From Candidatus Poribacteria bacterium (GTDB lineage: Bacteria; Poribacteria; WGA-4E; WGA-3G), in the NCBI GenBank assembly GCA_022820835.1, contig JAJEET010000134.1, positions 45 through 64,044 on the forward strand: DNA of 64,000 bases, given 5' to 3'. Shown here piece after piece: positions 10,012 through 20,151 of the stretch. A program made the position numbers and the translations under genes. How positions within the stretch are numbered: position 1 is the stretch's first letter; the number at the start of each line of letters is the position of its first letter. Under the pieces are notes generated by a model, which made no database searches, was not told the origin of the DNA, and was given only the letters and a program-made list of their open reading frames with translations.

Positions 10012-10146
10012 AAGATCGCGAGTAAAACTCGCTCCTACAAGATCGCGAGTAAAACTCGCTCCTACAAGATCGCGAGTAAAACTCGTTCCTACAAGATCGC
10101 GAGTAAAACTCGCTCCTACAAGATCGCGAGTAAAACTCGCTCCTAC
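10012..10146. repeat. Five tandem 27-bp GTAG-REP-like units
   Basis: AAGATCGCGAGTAAAACTCGCTCCTAC x5, with one substitution in unit 3 and no spacers. Each unit holds the hairpin GCGAG-TAAAA-CTCGC. Confidence 0.95.
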
Positions 10147-10159
10147 AAATAGAAGGCAC

Positions 10160-11053
10160 CTACAGTTCTTCGCCGACGATGAGACGGTACGCCTCGCGGT
10201 ATTTCTCGCTTGTTTTCGAGATAACATCTTCCGGTAACTCGGGTGCAGGCGGTTGTTTGTTCCAACCGATCTCGGAGAGGTAGTCCCGAACAAACTGTTT
10301 ATCGAAACTCTGTTGCGATTTACCGGGTTCGTAGAGATCAGCGGGCCAGAATCGAGAGGAGTCCGGCGTGAAGACTTCATCAATGACAATCAACTTACCG
10401 TCACGCTGCCCGAATTCAAACTTCGTATCACAGAGGATAATACCTGCAGATTCTGCATGTTCGCTCGCAGCTCTGAAGAGGTTGAAGCTGGTTTCAATCA
10501 GTTGATCCGTCAGTTCACTACCGACTTCGTTGCGCATTTCTTCGATAGAGATCGGTTCGTCGTGTTCTCCCTGTTCCGCTTTGGTTGTCGGCGTGAACAA
10601 GAGTTCTGGAAGCCGTTCGGATTCACGCAGTCCCGCGGGGAGTTTCTGTCCACAGATTTCACCCGTCTTTTGGTAGGAGGACCAACCGGAACCTGCGAGG
10701 TAACAGCGGACAACGCATTCAACGTCAACTCTGTCGGCTTTTTGGACGAGCATGGAACGTCCCTTCAAGAGTTCAGCATCAGGCTGCAATATGTCGGGAT
10801 ACTCTTCAACTTCAGTCGCAATGAGGTGGTTGTCGGCAATGGATTCGGTATATTTGAACCAGAAATTGGATAGGCCGGTTAAGACGCGTCCTTTGTCTGG
10901 AATACCGTTCGGTAAGACGACATCGAAAGCGGATATACGATCCGTAGATATAATTAGGAGTTCGTCTCCGAGGTCATAGAGATCCCGGACTTTACCGCGA
11001 TGGAGCGGTGTTAAATTGGTTAATTGTGTAGATGTAATAACGTTTTGAGACAT
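10160..11053 (-). CDS. purC: Phosphoribosylaminoimidazole-succinocarboxamide synthase
   Basis: GKVRDLY, DRISAFD, DTKFEFG, TPDSSRFW and DKQFVRD motifs. Confidence 0.97.
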   Translation of the reverse strand: MSQNVITSTQLTNLTPLHRGKVRDLYDLGDELLIISTDRISAFDVVLPNGIPDKGRVLTGLSNFWFKYTESIADNHLIATEVEEYPDILQPDAELLKGRSMLVQKADRVDVECVVRCYLAGSGWSSYQKTGEICGQKLPAGLRESERLPELLFTPTTKAEQGEHDEPISIEEMRNEVGSELTDQLIETSFNLFRAASEHAESAGIILCDTKFEFGQRDGKLIVIDEVFTPDSSRFWPADLYEPGKSQQSFDKQFVRDYLSEIGWNKQPPAPELPEDVISKTSEKYREAYRLIVGEEL

Positions 11054-11175
11054 ATTTCCTCCTTTGTTAGCCGTCGGCTGTCAGCCATCAGTTGTCGATA
11101 GTTGACTGTTAACAGGTTTGTTTCCTTGATATATGCGTAATCCCGAAAAATTTGCAATACAGGCGGAAATTTGTT

Positions 11176-11778
11176 TTATTTCCTCAACAAGTTTTGTAGT
11201 GCAATAGCGGTCCTGTTTGTTGTATCAATTTGGAGTGCCTTATCTATCTCTGCAGTTGCAGGTCGGTGTTCACCGAGATAGTAGTAGCAGGCTGCCTTCA
11301 ACGCGTAGAGATCGGCTTGGGATTGATAATCGTGCCGGAAGAGGTATTGAGCATCGCCTTGTAGTGCATTATCAATCGATCGGATCGCAGACGTGAAATC
11401 GTTGGTTTCTTTGTTTCGTAAATATAGCACCGTTGCTAATCCTACCCACGCGTCGGCGTTCGAGTTGTCATGTTGAATAGCGTTTTGGAACGCCTCTTGT
11501 GCTAACGGTGCGTTTAATGATAGACTCAGATGGCTCCATCCGATCCCGTTGTGTGCGTCTGCAAGCGTCTCGTCGAAGTTAACCGCACGCTCAAAACTCA
11601 ACAGTGCCTGTGCATAGTCGCCCGACGAATAGAAACGCCACCCCTGTTCCTTATAATTGACTGCGCCCAATGTATCTGGTTCAGAATCACTGGAACAGCC
11701 ATTCAGCACCAACAAGCAGATGATGACCGAGGTCGCATGGGCGATGTAAGATATCGTTTTGAACGTAACAGAGCGCAT
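11176..11778 (-). CDS. TPR-repeat lipoprotein
   Basis: Lipobox VLNGC followed by TPR-like helices. Confidence 0.8.
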   Translation of the reverse strand: MRSVTFKTISYIAHATSVIICLLVLNGCSSDSEPDTLGAVNYKEQGWRFYSSGDYAQALLSFERAVNFDETLADAHNGIGWSHLSLSLNAPLAQEAFQNAIQHDNSNADAWVGLATVLYLRNKETNDFTSAIRSIDNALQGDAQYLFRHDYQSQADLYALKAACYYYLGEHRPATAEIDKALQIDTTNRTAIALQNLLRK

Positions 11779-11872
11779 GGCGTATTTTCCTATGTAGTGG
11801 GTTCCAACGCATCAAGGGCGTTGAAATCACCGGCATGCAAATGAGTCCGATGCCATCTATGCTAACAACATT

Positions 11873-14800
11873 TTATTCGGATTTGAGCATTGATAAGAGC
11901 GGACTTCGGAGTGCAACTGCAACTGCAACTGCATTTGCAATTATACCAAAGCCGAAGATCAAAAGCAAGGTAATTGTGAGAGACATCCACGGAAATGAGG
12001 GTAGGCTTCCTTGCGAACCGAGAATCGCCACAAGTCCAGCGACTATTCCGATGAGCATACCGACAGCAAGTAGGAAGCAGCTTTCGAGGAACAGCATCCG
12101 CGAGAGCAGCTGCCGTCGGAAACCGAAAGCACGTAAGGTCGCTAACTCACCGCGACGTTCGATAATGTTTCTGAACAGCACTAGTGCTAATCCGAAAGTA
12201 CCGAGGAGTACACCTAAACCGCCGAGACTCTGAAAAGTAGAGATATAGGTATTCTCGACTGACCGATAATTTGCCAAACGTGCGGCTGCCGATGTGAGAT
12301 CGAAACCGTAATCGACCAACGTCTTTTCAAGAACCTGTGCTGTCTCCTCCCGCAGCTCGGGTGGTGTTTTGATGAGGAAAAACTGGTACCCGCTTTGACT
12401 CGGAAAGTATTTTGTGAAATTGGGTTCCGAGATGATCAATTGGCTCTGGAAGAGGCTGTCCGAAACTGTTTCAAGTTCAAGACTGAGCGGTTTACCGAAT
12501 TCGTCTTGAACAATAAAATCGTCTTTCGGATTGTGATGTAAAATCCAGCGGAGCGAGTTCTCATCGCCGATAGCGGGAGCTCTGCCGCTTTCAGGTTGAA
12601 CAACTCTTATTTGACTCCAAGGATATCCGTCCAGTATGGCATCTGGTGCACCCAAAATTTGCGGTTTCTGCGGTTGGTAGAGGTTCAGACAACTGACATC
12701 TTCACCGGGAAGCACCCGAAACGGAAATATTTCCGACGCGTTCAGCAGTTCGGAATCCTTGTCGGAAAAACCGAGTTCAAACCTGCCATCAGGTGTATTT
12801 AGGCTGTGGTGCAGCGGCATCGCGGATTCAGCAACAAATGCATATTCCGATTCAGGGGGTGCATCATGTCTATTTGCACCGACTGCCACGATGATACAAC
12901 ACGCCAAACTGAGCGTTTGGACACAGGTCAAGCTGCGTCCGGGTTGGCGTGCAGCGTTTTTGAGTGCCAGCCGCATCCTATTCAACCGCTTTGGAACACG
13001 CTGTGATTTTAACCACCGATCAAAAGCGTCCCACCCGACACCGATAACACTCAAAGTAAAGACTAAGAAATCAATCATCGGTTCTTCGACCCAGATACCA
13101 AAGGTTTCAGAAAGCCATTCATCAAAGATAACAAAGACACCAAATAGAACAACTATAATCGCAGTAGCTACGTTTTTGGTGATGGACCCCACAGTACGCG
13201 ATTTCGCTTTTTTGGGTTTGCGTGTTACCTCAGTAAAATCGGTTTCACCGGCAAGGAGTGCAGTCGTGGGTATTTGTCCCAATTGTTGGACGCTGAAGCG
13301 GATAGAGAGCATCACGACAGCCAACGCGATGAGGATGCCAGTGCTTAAGCTCAATAGGTTAACGTGGAGTTCCATAAACGGTGTGCCGATAGCAGGCAAC
13401 CACCACGTTTGCAACCCGAATATCATAAGTTGTGCGTAGCCTACCGCGAACAGACATCCTAACAGACTGCCGATGCCAGCGACGGTCGCGCCTTCATAAA
13501 GGAAACGGCGGCGGATTTTGGCAAGTGGATAACCGACAGCCTGTAGCAGCCCAATTTCACGCGATCGCTGTTCGACACCGACGCGGAAAAGCATGGCAAT
13601 CAACACGGCAACAGCAATAATGATAAAACCGCTCAGGCTGCCGAACAGCATACCGAAATCTGTAGCACCACTGGAGGCTTGAAGTCCCTCCGCTTTCGGT
13701 GATAGAAACTGGAAACCGACCTGTTCTGGTTGAATCTTTTTCAGGAATTCGGTTTCAAAGAGTGTCTGCGTCGCCTGAATATCTGTGTCCGGTGCAGTTC
13801 CAAGCCGAATTGTGGTGAGATCGCCGAACCGATTTTGCCAGAGGCGTTTACCAATTCCCAACGGAATAAATGCTTTCGGTGTCGCTCGGTATTCATCCCA
13901 ATAGGCTTCGTCTTTGCCGCGCACCAAGGTATAATCAATCGGGAAAGGGGATTCCCACTCAGACATATCGGCGGTATCGTGGATGCCCGGAAATTCGGGG
14001 ATGAGGTCTCTATCTGCAGTGATACCTTCGATTGGCAGAATCCCCTTCAGCCGGAAAATCGCTGTTTCAGTGATATACGCTTCTTCTGCGCTGACGCTAT
14101 AATAGGTAACCTCAATAATATCGCTCACACTGGCTCCGAGGTCCTCTGCAGCCCATGTATTGAGATAAATCGCGGCGGGTTTGCTACGGTCACGAATTGC
14201 ATTTAACGCACTCTCCACTTTTGCTAATTTTTGCTTGACTTCTGCGATTCGTTGTTTATATTCGGGGGTACCGCCAAGTGCTCGCTTTGTTTTTTCTAAA
14301 CTACTGACCTCTTTCTCTATTTTATCAATTTCCTCATGGAGTTTTTTGCGCTCTTCAATTTTTTCAGTTTCTATTTTTTTCCATCCTTGAGCATCTGCCT
14401 GCTGGTACGCGAGTCGGTCCGCTTCAGTCGTGTGATTGTTAGCAAGTTCAGCAAATTCGCTCTCATCTGTCGGTAGTGCCACAATTGTAGAATATGGTAT
14501 CGTTTTATCCTTCGCTGTGATTGTATTCGCAAGATAGGTGAGCGTTGGGAGTATCGGGATACGGTTTTCAGATGCAACCGTTAGTGCAGTCTCAGAAAGT
14601 ATCGGTTTGATGAGATACTGTTCACTCTGAATGTCAAGATGGTTCTCATCCGCTTTAATATTCAGGTCGAGCGCGGATAACGTGAGTGTGAGATCATCAG
14701 CCGAGAGCGCGTCCGTGTCGGCAGTAAAAACGACGTTTACCTTGCTGTCTTGTCCGAGCGCACTTTGTAAGATAGGCAGCGATATGAAGACATTGAACGG

Positions 14801-15394
14801 TAGACTCTGATTCGCTTGTAGATTGAACCTACCAAAGTTTTCGGTGGGAATGATGTCACTGATAATCATTCGGAGACTCTGGATCGCCTTGGCTGCATCG
14901 CGTTCACCGAGCAGGAATTCTGGATGGATGTCGGCTGTTTGCGACATATTCACGAGAAGTGTATCCCCGACTTGGACGTTCAATTCTTTTTCGAGTGCCT
15001 CGTTAATGACGATCGCGTTGAAAGGCTGTCCTTCGGGTTTGTTGAGGTTCGGTGCGTCTGTTTCCCAAAATGTAAAGAAGTTATCCGTTACGCCGAGGAT
15101 GTTCACTTTTGAGGCGCGCGCTTGTGTTTGTGGGACAACGATGGTGCCGTTCAGTAAAATGGTGGGAACCTTGTTCTCACGGTTCAGTAGGTCTGGTTGG
15201 AAAAAATGGTCTGCGAGGAGCGCGTGTTGGATTGTACCGAGTCGTTCCGTGGTGAGATTCAGCAGGCTGCCACGCACGGAGTCACCGACGACCAAGGCAC
15301 CGGCGAGAACACCCGTCGCTACAGCAGTGCAAAGTACAACGATAACATGTATCTGCCAAAAGTGTTTAAGTGAGTTCCAAGAGAATCTGGGCAT
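11873..15394 (-). CDS. FtsX/MacB-like ABC transporter permease (duplicated architecture)
   Basis: EQRSREIGLLQAVGY and ERRGELATLRAFGF motifs with multiple TM segments. Confidence 0.88.
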   Translation of the reverse strand: MPRFSWNSLKHFWQIHVIVVLCTAVATGVLAGALVVGDSVRGSLLNLTTERLGTIQHALLADHFFQPDLLNRENKVPTILLNGTIVVPQTQARASKVNILGVTDNFFTFWETDAPNLNKPEGQPFNAIVINEALEKELNVQVGDTLLVNMSQTADIHPEFLLGERDAAKAIQSLRMIISDIIPTENFGRFNLQANQSLPFNVFISLPILQSALGQDSKVNVVFTADTDALSADDLTLTLSALDLNIKADENHLDIQSEQYLIKPILSETALTVASENRIPILPTLTYLANTITAKDKTIPYSTIVALPTDESEFAELANNHTTEADRLAYQQADAQGWKKIETEKIEERKKLHEEIDKIEKEVSSLEKTKRALGGTPEYKQRIAEVKQKLAKVESALNAIRDRSKPAAIYLNTWAAEDLGASVSDIIEVTYYSVSAEEAYITETAIFRLKGILPIEGITADRDLIPEFPGIHDTADMSEWESPFPIDYTLVRGKDEAYWDEYRATPKAFIPLGIGKRLWQNRFGDLTTIRLGTAPDTDIQATQTLFETEFLKKIQPEQVGFQFLSPKAEGLQASSGATDFGMLFGSLSGFIIIAVAVLIAMLFRVGVEQRSREIGLLQAVGYPLAKIRRRFLYEGATVAGIGSLLGCLFAVGYAQLMIFGLQTWWLPAIGTPFMELHVNLLSLSTGILIALAVVMLSIRFSVQQLGQIPTTALLAGETDFTEVTRKPKKAKSRTVGSITKNVATAIIVVLFGVFVIFDEWLSETFGIWVEEPMIDFLVFTLSVIGVGWDAFDRWLKSQRVPKRLNRMRLALKNAARQPGRSLTCVQTLSLACCIIVAVGANRHDAPPESEYAFVAESAMPLHHSLNTPDGRFELGFSDKDSELLNASEIFPFRVLPGEDVSCLNLYQPQKPQILGAPDAILDGYPWSQIRVVQPESGRAPAIGDENSLRWILHHNPKDDFIVQDEFGKPLSLELETVSDSLFQSQLIISEPNFTKYFPSQSGYQFFLIKTPPELREETAQVLEKTLVDYGFDLTSAAARLANYRSVENTYISTFQSLGGLGVLLGTFGLALVLFRNIIERRGELATLRAFGFRRQLLSRMLFLESCFLLAVGMLIGIVAGLVAILGSQGSLPSFPWMSLTITLLLIFGFGIIANAVAVAVALRSPLLSMLKSE

Positions 15395-15421
15395 AATCTT
15401 TCTTCACGTCTGATGCGGGTG

Positions 15422-16111
15422 TTAGGTGTCTCTTTCGATGGTACATGTTCCATCCACCAATTGTAGATGTCGATCAAAGCGCGATGTGAGTGCCAGGTTA
15501 TGTGTCACCACAATCAGTATAGTCTTCTCAGTACGGTGTAACTCAAAAAGCATATTGGCGACGGTATCCGTCGTAGCGGTGTCGAGATTACCTGTCGGTT
15601 CATCGCAGAGGAGGATATCCGGTTGATTGATAAGTGCGCGCGCAATCGCGACGCGCTGCCGTTCACCGCCTGAAAGTTCAGCCGGACGGTGCGACAGACG
15701 ATCTGTGAGTCCAACCCGTTTTAGGAGTTGAGTCGCACGTTCGGTCGCGTCGGTTCTCTGTTTGAAGGCAAGTGTCGGAATCAGCACATTTTCAAGCACA
15801 GAATATTGTGGAAGTAGATGATGCTCCTGAAACACAAATCCGATAACGGAATTACGGTACGCCGCAAGTTCAGGTTCAGAGAGGTTGAACGGATTTATAT
15901 TGTTAATCTCCACAATTCCATTCGACGGCTCTTCTAATGTGCCGATGATGTGTAAGAGTGTACTCTTACCGGAACCGGAAGGACCCGTGATAACGACGGA
16001 TGTGCCTGCTGTGAGGCTGAACGAAACGTTTCGCAGCACTTTGACTGCCCCAAAGTCTTTGAATAAATGAGATATTTTAAGCGAAGATGTCACAGTGCTG
16101 GATTGTTGCAT
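15422..16111 (-). CDS. ABC transporter ATP-binding protein (LolD-like)
   Basis: GPSGSGKST, LSGGERQRVAIARA and DEPTGNLD motifs. Confidence 0.95.
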   Translation of the reverse strand: MQQSSTVTSSLKISHLFKDFGAVKVLRNVSFSLTAGTSVVITGPSGSGKSTLLHIIGTLEEPSNGIVEINNINPFNLSEPELAAYRNSVIGFVFQEHHLLPQYSVLENVLIPTLAFKQRTDATERATQLLKRVGLTDRLSHRPAELSGGERQRVAIARALINQPDILLCDEPTGNLDTATTDTVANMLFELHRTEKTILIVVTHNLALTSRFDRHLQLVDGTCTIERDT

Positions 16112-16152
16112 GGTTATTGTCGTCTACTGGCGTGTGAGGTTGTAACACTGTC

Positions 16153-16578
16153 CTATGGTGTACAGCATATCTGATCTGCAATAAAATTAGGGATCGGAAT
16201 CGCACGTAGTTTCTCACCCGGGTTCGTTATACAACAAACTGTTGTGACCTCACCGCGTGCGATATCTTCTCCCTGAAGTGTAAAGTGGAATTGGTATGTG
16301 AGCGACTTCGTCCCTTTCCTTGAGACCCAAAGATGGATGTCTACCTCATCTTCAAATCGGAGCGGGCTTAAATACTGACACGAAACGGCGAGTCGTGGCC
16401 AACCGATTTTATTCCCATCCCATTCGGTCGCGACACTCGTGCCTAAACTACGTAAAAATTCGTGTTCTGCGGTCTCCATAAAGACAAAAAAGCGTGTGAA
16501 ATGGACGATCCCTGCCATATCGGTGTCAGCGAATTCGATTTTACGTCTGGTTCGGTACTCGGTGCACATATTTTCCAA
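16153..16578 (-). CDS. Acyl-CoA thioesterase (4HBT/YbgC hotdog family)
   Basis: FADTDMAGIVHF motif. Confidence 0.88.
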   Translation of the reverse strand: MENMCTEYRTRRKIEFADTDMAGIVHFTRFFVFMETAEHEFLRSLGTSVATEWDGNKIGWPRLAVSCQYLSPLRFEDEVDIHLWVSRKGTKSLTYQFHFTLQGEDIARGEVTTVCCITNPGEKLRAIPIPNFIADQICCTP

Positions 16579-16686
16579 TCGTCATCAATTATCATGCTTC
16601 GCAGTGAGAATAGTTATCAGTTAAGGGGAACCTTGGTTGCATCAGTCGCCTCTCTAACTGATGCTTGAAAACTGAAAACCATTCCG

Positions 16687-18120
16687 CTACATCTTCGGAT
16701 ATTCTGGGACATCTTCATAACGGCTCCATGTCTCCGCGTAGATTCGCCAGTGTCCATCGGTAGGGTCTATCATCAGATTTAGTCTTTTGGCGCCGTAATC
16801 TGAATATGCAGGACGCGTGCCACTCGCTGGGGTGCCGGTAAACTTCTGTAAGAACACGACATCTGCGACTGCGCGGTCTCCGTTAATTTGTAACTTAGAG
16901 ATGTCAACTTGTATGTCACTATACAAACTGTTCAGCCTTTTCATGCTGGCACGGAGTTGCTTTTTGTTGAGGTATACCGGTGTCTCCTTGCCGTCACGAA
17001 CAGTGACGCGGGTGATTAAAGCTTCGTCAGAATAGATGGACATATAGGTATTCAAATCCTTCCCTTCCCAAGCAGCCTGCCATTTACCCAAGATTTGTCT
17101 CGCTTTAAGTTGCGTGTCAAGTGGCGCGTTCCCGTCAAAGGCCCCGCCGGATTCGTCGCCAGAAACTGTGTTCGCACCGGACGGTTGTTGTGTCTGTTCA
17201 AGTACGATAGCCCCCGATATTTCACCAACCTGATCGTTAATAAGTTTCCATTTCCGTCTGAAAAATCCTTTCTTTTCAATTGTGAGTGTACGGTTATGCG
17301 TTTCAACGATGTCGCCGTTGTTTTGCAAAGTCACACGAATAGCGTCAACGATATAGCGGTTCCGATGCGTTGGTACGGGTGTGTAAGTTGCATCTTGTAG
17401 GTCGATGATATGTGCTTGTGACATCAATCCGAGTGCCTGCCGAAAACTCGATGTCCGTTTCTTCCGAGCAGATTTGTCCCACAGCGCGGTGTATGCCGTT
17501 GAATCCTGTCTTTCTAATGCGCTCTTCCAATTGAGGACAAGCGGCGCTACAGGACTGTTAGATGGGTTGGGACGATTCGGCTGTTGCGTCGTTGTATAAG
17601 TCGGCACCGAAGCGATATAATCTTCACCGACGATCTCGTCTTGTGCGATTTTCCAGCGCTGCTGCACAATCCCTTTCTTCTCAATCACAAGATTCCGTAA
17701 CTGTTGTTGCGCGCCATCAGGTAGGTGAACCGTCACGGGTATCCCTTCAATCCGATAACGGTTCGGATAACGCGGAATTTGATACGGTGGATTTCCACCT
17801 TCAAGATTCACATCGAGTCGTATATTATCTCTTAGGAGTTTCGCTGTATTCGGATATCCTTTGTCGGGGCGCAGTCGCTCGCTTTTTATCCAAAGCGCGT
17901 CATACCGTTTTAGGTCGCTGGATTCAAGTGTATTTTTCCACTTCGCTAAAAATGCGGTAGGTGTTTCACTCGAACTCATAAATATGAGTAGGAATACAAC
18001 AAACGCGATAACGATTGCTGCGATAGCACCACCCCATATCAGGTTTCGGGGCATCATCAATTTCTTAGGCGTGTTTTTCTGCCAATTTTGTGCGTCGTTC
18101 ACAATATAACCTCCGCTCAT
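16687..18120 (-). CDS. Membrane-anchored protein with three NTF2-like (SnoaL/Cds6_C-like) domains
   Basis: N-terminal TM helix and three repeats of WKxxLE/WE-xxD-xxxY-xxLW/IY. Confidence 0.65.
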   Translation of the reverse strand: MSGGYIVNDAQNWQKNTPKKLMMPRNLIWGGAIAAIVIAFVVFLLIFMSSSETPTAFLAKWKNTLESSDLKRYDALWIKSERLRPDKGYPNTAKLLRDNIRLDVNLEGGNPPYQIPRYPNRYRIEGIPVTVHLPDGAQQQLRNLVIEKKGIVQQRWKIAQDEIVGEDYIASVPTYTTTQQPNRPNPSNSPVAPLVLNWKSALERQDSTAYTALWDKSARKKRTSSFRQALGLMSQAHIIDLQDATYTPVPTHRNRYIVDAIRVTLQNNGDIVETHNRTLTIEKKGFFRRKWKLINDQVGEISGAIVLEQTQQPSGANTVSGDESGGAFDGNAPLDTQLKARQILGKWQAAWEGKDLNTYMSIYSDEALITRVTVRDGKETPVYLNKKQLRASMKRLNSLYSDIQVDISKLQINGDRAVADVVFLQKFTGTPASGTRPAYSDYGAKRLNLMIDPTDGHWRIYAETWSRYEDVPEYPKM

Positions 18121-18126
18121 AGTTGA

Positions 18127-18209
18127 TTGGACTTACGCAATTTTGGGATAAATCCACATCATTTGACAAGATTCGGAATTCCCACCAGCAGGTGTTTGTG
18201 TAAGTCCAA
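18127..18209. repeat. GGACTTACGCA-family inverted-repeat element
   Basis: Ends TTGGACTTACGCAA and TTGTGTAAGTCCAA. Confidence 0.7.
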
Positions 18210-18223
18210 ATCGAGATCAGTGT

Positions 18224-19552
18224 TTATAAGTTTGGCACTCTCTTATAAACCTTCCAGATTTCGTGATGTACCTTCCAACTGTTCCCTACTTGATGCATCC
18301 AGATTTCGCGAATCCAAATATCGTATAGAGCGGTATCGTTCTCATCAGCTGCCGGATGTACCAATTGATTCAGTTGTAGGATACCGATGACACTTTCGCT
18401 TTCGACTTCGGTGTCAAATTTAACCTTCGTCCATGAGTGTGCACTCATCTGACGAAGATCCGATTCCAGTTGTTGTCTGTCAATTTTACTCCGATTTTCC
18501 TTGCTCTCAAGCACTACGACTTTATCTGCGATAACGTTCGGGTTATAATAGGTGAGATGCGTATTTAGATTTCCGCTCTGCCACGCGGCATCCCACTTGT
18601 TAAGCGCAGCTTTGCCGGCTGCAATCTGTTGTGTAGAGAGTGAAGTACGCCCGGTTCTTGGAGGCGAAAGTGCGGGTTGGCTGGCTACGTATGCTCGCGA
18701 CTTTTCTGCTTGCCTCGCGGTAAATTCAGCATGCTTCGCCGCGACATCTTGCTTATTCGCCTGTGCGAGTCTCTGTGTATAGACTTCTGCTTGTTGACGC
18801 ATCTGTTTCCTGAGAGATTCTGCCTGAGCAATCGCTGCCCGTTTCTGGTATCCCTCTTCTTTTGCGATCTTGTCAGCAACTTCCAATTTACGACGGAGTT
18901 TGGAAAGTTCAGTGCCGTAATTACGGATTTCTTCTTCCGCGCGGCGTGCTCGTATCTGTGTATCTTCTAAGGTCTTCGAGAGATCACTTATCTGTTTTCC
19001 GAAGGCTTTCCTCGTATCGCCTAACTCGCTATTCGCTGTCTGAAGTTCTTGAATTCGCTGTCTCAATTGTTCGGACTCACGCCAAGCGTCTTGAACCTGA
19101 GATTCCTTCTGTGAGACCTGCGTCTCTGTTGTCTTGAGTTTTTGACGGAGTTCTGTAACGTTTGATTCCTTCTGAAGAATCGTTGCGTTGAGTTCCGAGC
19201 TTTTAGCGACATTGATGGCTTGTCGATGTGCGATTTTAGCATCGGCACTCGCTTGGTGTGCAAGACGGAGTGCGTCTACGCCTCTCTTTTCTTTCAATGC
19301 CTCCCTTGCGGCATAAAGATTTGCGTTAGCGGCTTGAAACGCTTCAGGTGCAAGTGATACTGCATCAACATCTTGCGCCGCTGCGATGGCTGCTTCTGCT
19401 TCCGCGATCGCTGTATCAACCACCGGTGCCTCAATCTTCCCGAGTTGTCCGCCACAACCAACAAAAGCGAGGGGAATGAGTAGTAGCCAGACCATCAGTG
19501 TCCTATCTAATGCGAGGTTAATCCTCCATCGTAAAGCAGTAAGTCGTTTCAT
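18224..19552 (-). CDS. Lipoprotein: DUF4398-like domain, long coiled coil and C-terminal NTF2-like domain
   Basis: Lipobox AFVGC, Ala-rich DUF4398-like helices, heptad-rich middle, and WDAAWQSGNLNTHLTYY. Confidence 0.7.
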   Translation of the reverse strand: MKRLTALRWRINLALDRTLMVWLLLIPLAFVGCGGQLGKIEAPVVDTAIAEAEAAIAAAQDVDAVSLAPEAFQAANANLYAAREALKEKRGVDALRLAHQASADAKIAHRQAINVAKSSELNATILQKESNVTELRQKLKTTETQVSQKESQVQDAWRESEQLRQRIQELQTANSELGDTRKAFGKQISDLSKTLEDTQIRARRAEEEIRNYGTELSKLRRKLEVADKIAKEEGYQKRAAIAQAESLRKQMRQQAEVYTQRLAQANKQDVAAKHAEFTARQAEKSRAYVASQPALSPPRTGRTSLSTQQIAAGKAALNKWDAAWQSGNLNTHLTYYNPNVIADKVVVLESKENRSKIDRQQLESDLRQMSAHSWTKVKFDTEVESESVIGILQLNQLVHPAADENDTALYDIWIREIWMHQVGNSWKVHHEIWKVYKRVPNL

Positions 19553-19596
19553 TTTCTTTTTTTCTCCTTATACATTCTTTTTTCTATTTAATAGTC

Positions 19597-19722
19597 CTTA
19601 CGCATAAGCAAGATTTTCTCAATGGGAAAGATAGAAGAACGGAAGGAGAGATTGCCCTTCCACCACACACGCAATCTTCCTATCTCTTATTCCCGCAAGC
19701 AAACGAAACGATTATGCGTAAG
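19597..19722. repeat. CTTACGCA-family inverted-repeat element
   Basis: Ends CTTACGCATA and TATGCGTAAG, 126 bp, with an internal imperfect inverted repeat. Confidence 0.55.
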
Positions 19723-20151
19723 TTCTGTAAAACCTAAGTTCAATCCTGTTTTCTTTTTCGCGGCGATCAGCACCCTGATTTTCAAAAATAATAGACTTGC
19801 AGGATTATAGACCCGCCTACAATCCGAGTGCCAGTAGATGCCGACTCTATATGTTATTCAAACATTGGTAAGGTTGGGTATGCGGTTGGGCGGAGGCTGT
19901 TCGCCTCCAGTCTCATAATCTTTTTAAAAGCCTCAAATCCGTCGCTTAGACGTTCATGATAGTAGTCTTGCGTAATCAGAAGTTCACTCTCAATTTCGGT
20001 TGTCAATTTACGGATGTGTTGTATCGATTGTGCCTGTGTCTCTCCCCTAATTATTAGGATACCATGTCTAAATCCGGTGTGTCAAGTTGGATTCAGTGCA
20101 GAGTTACTAACGACTGAAAATTGGTGACTGACAACCCTTGTCCGAATTATG

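Noticed and set aside
10012-10146. CRISPR array
   Set aside because: The repeats are contiguous with no spacers, and there are no cas genes.
9892-10389. ORFs with VGASFTRDL / RSRVKLAPT repeats
   Set aside because: They are translations of the 27-bp DNA repeat and overlap purC and the CoA-transferase gene.
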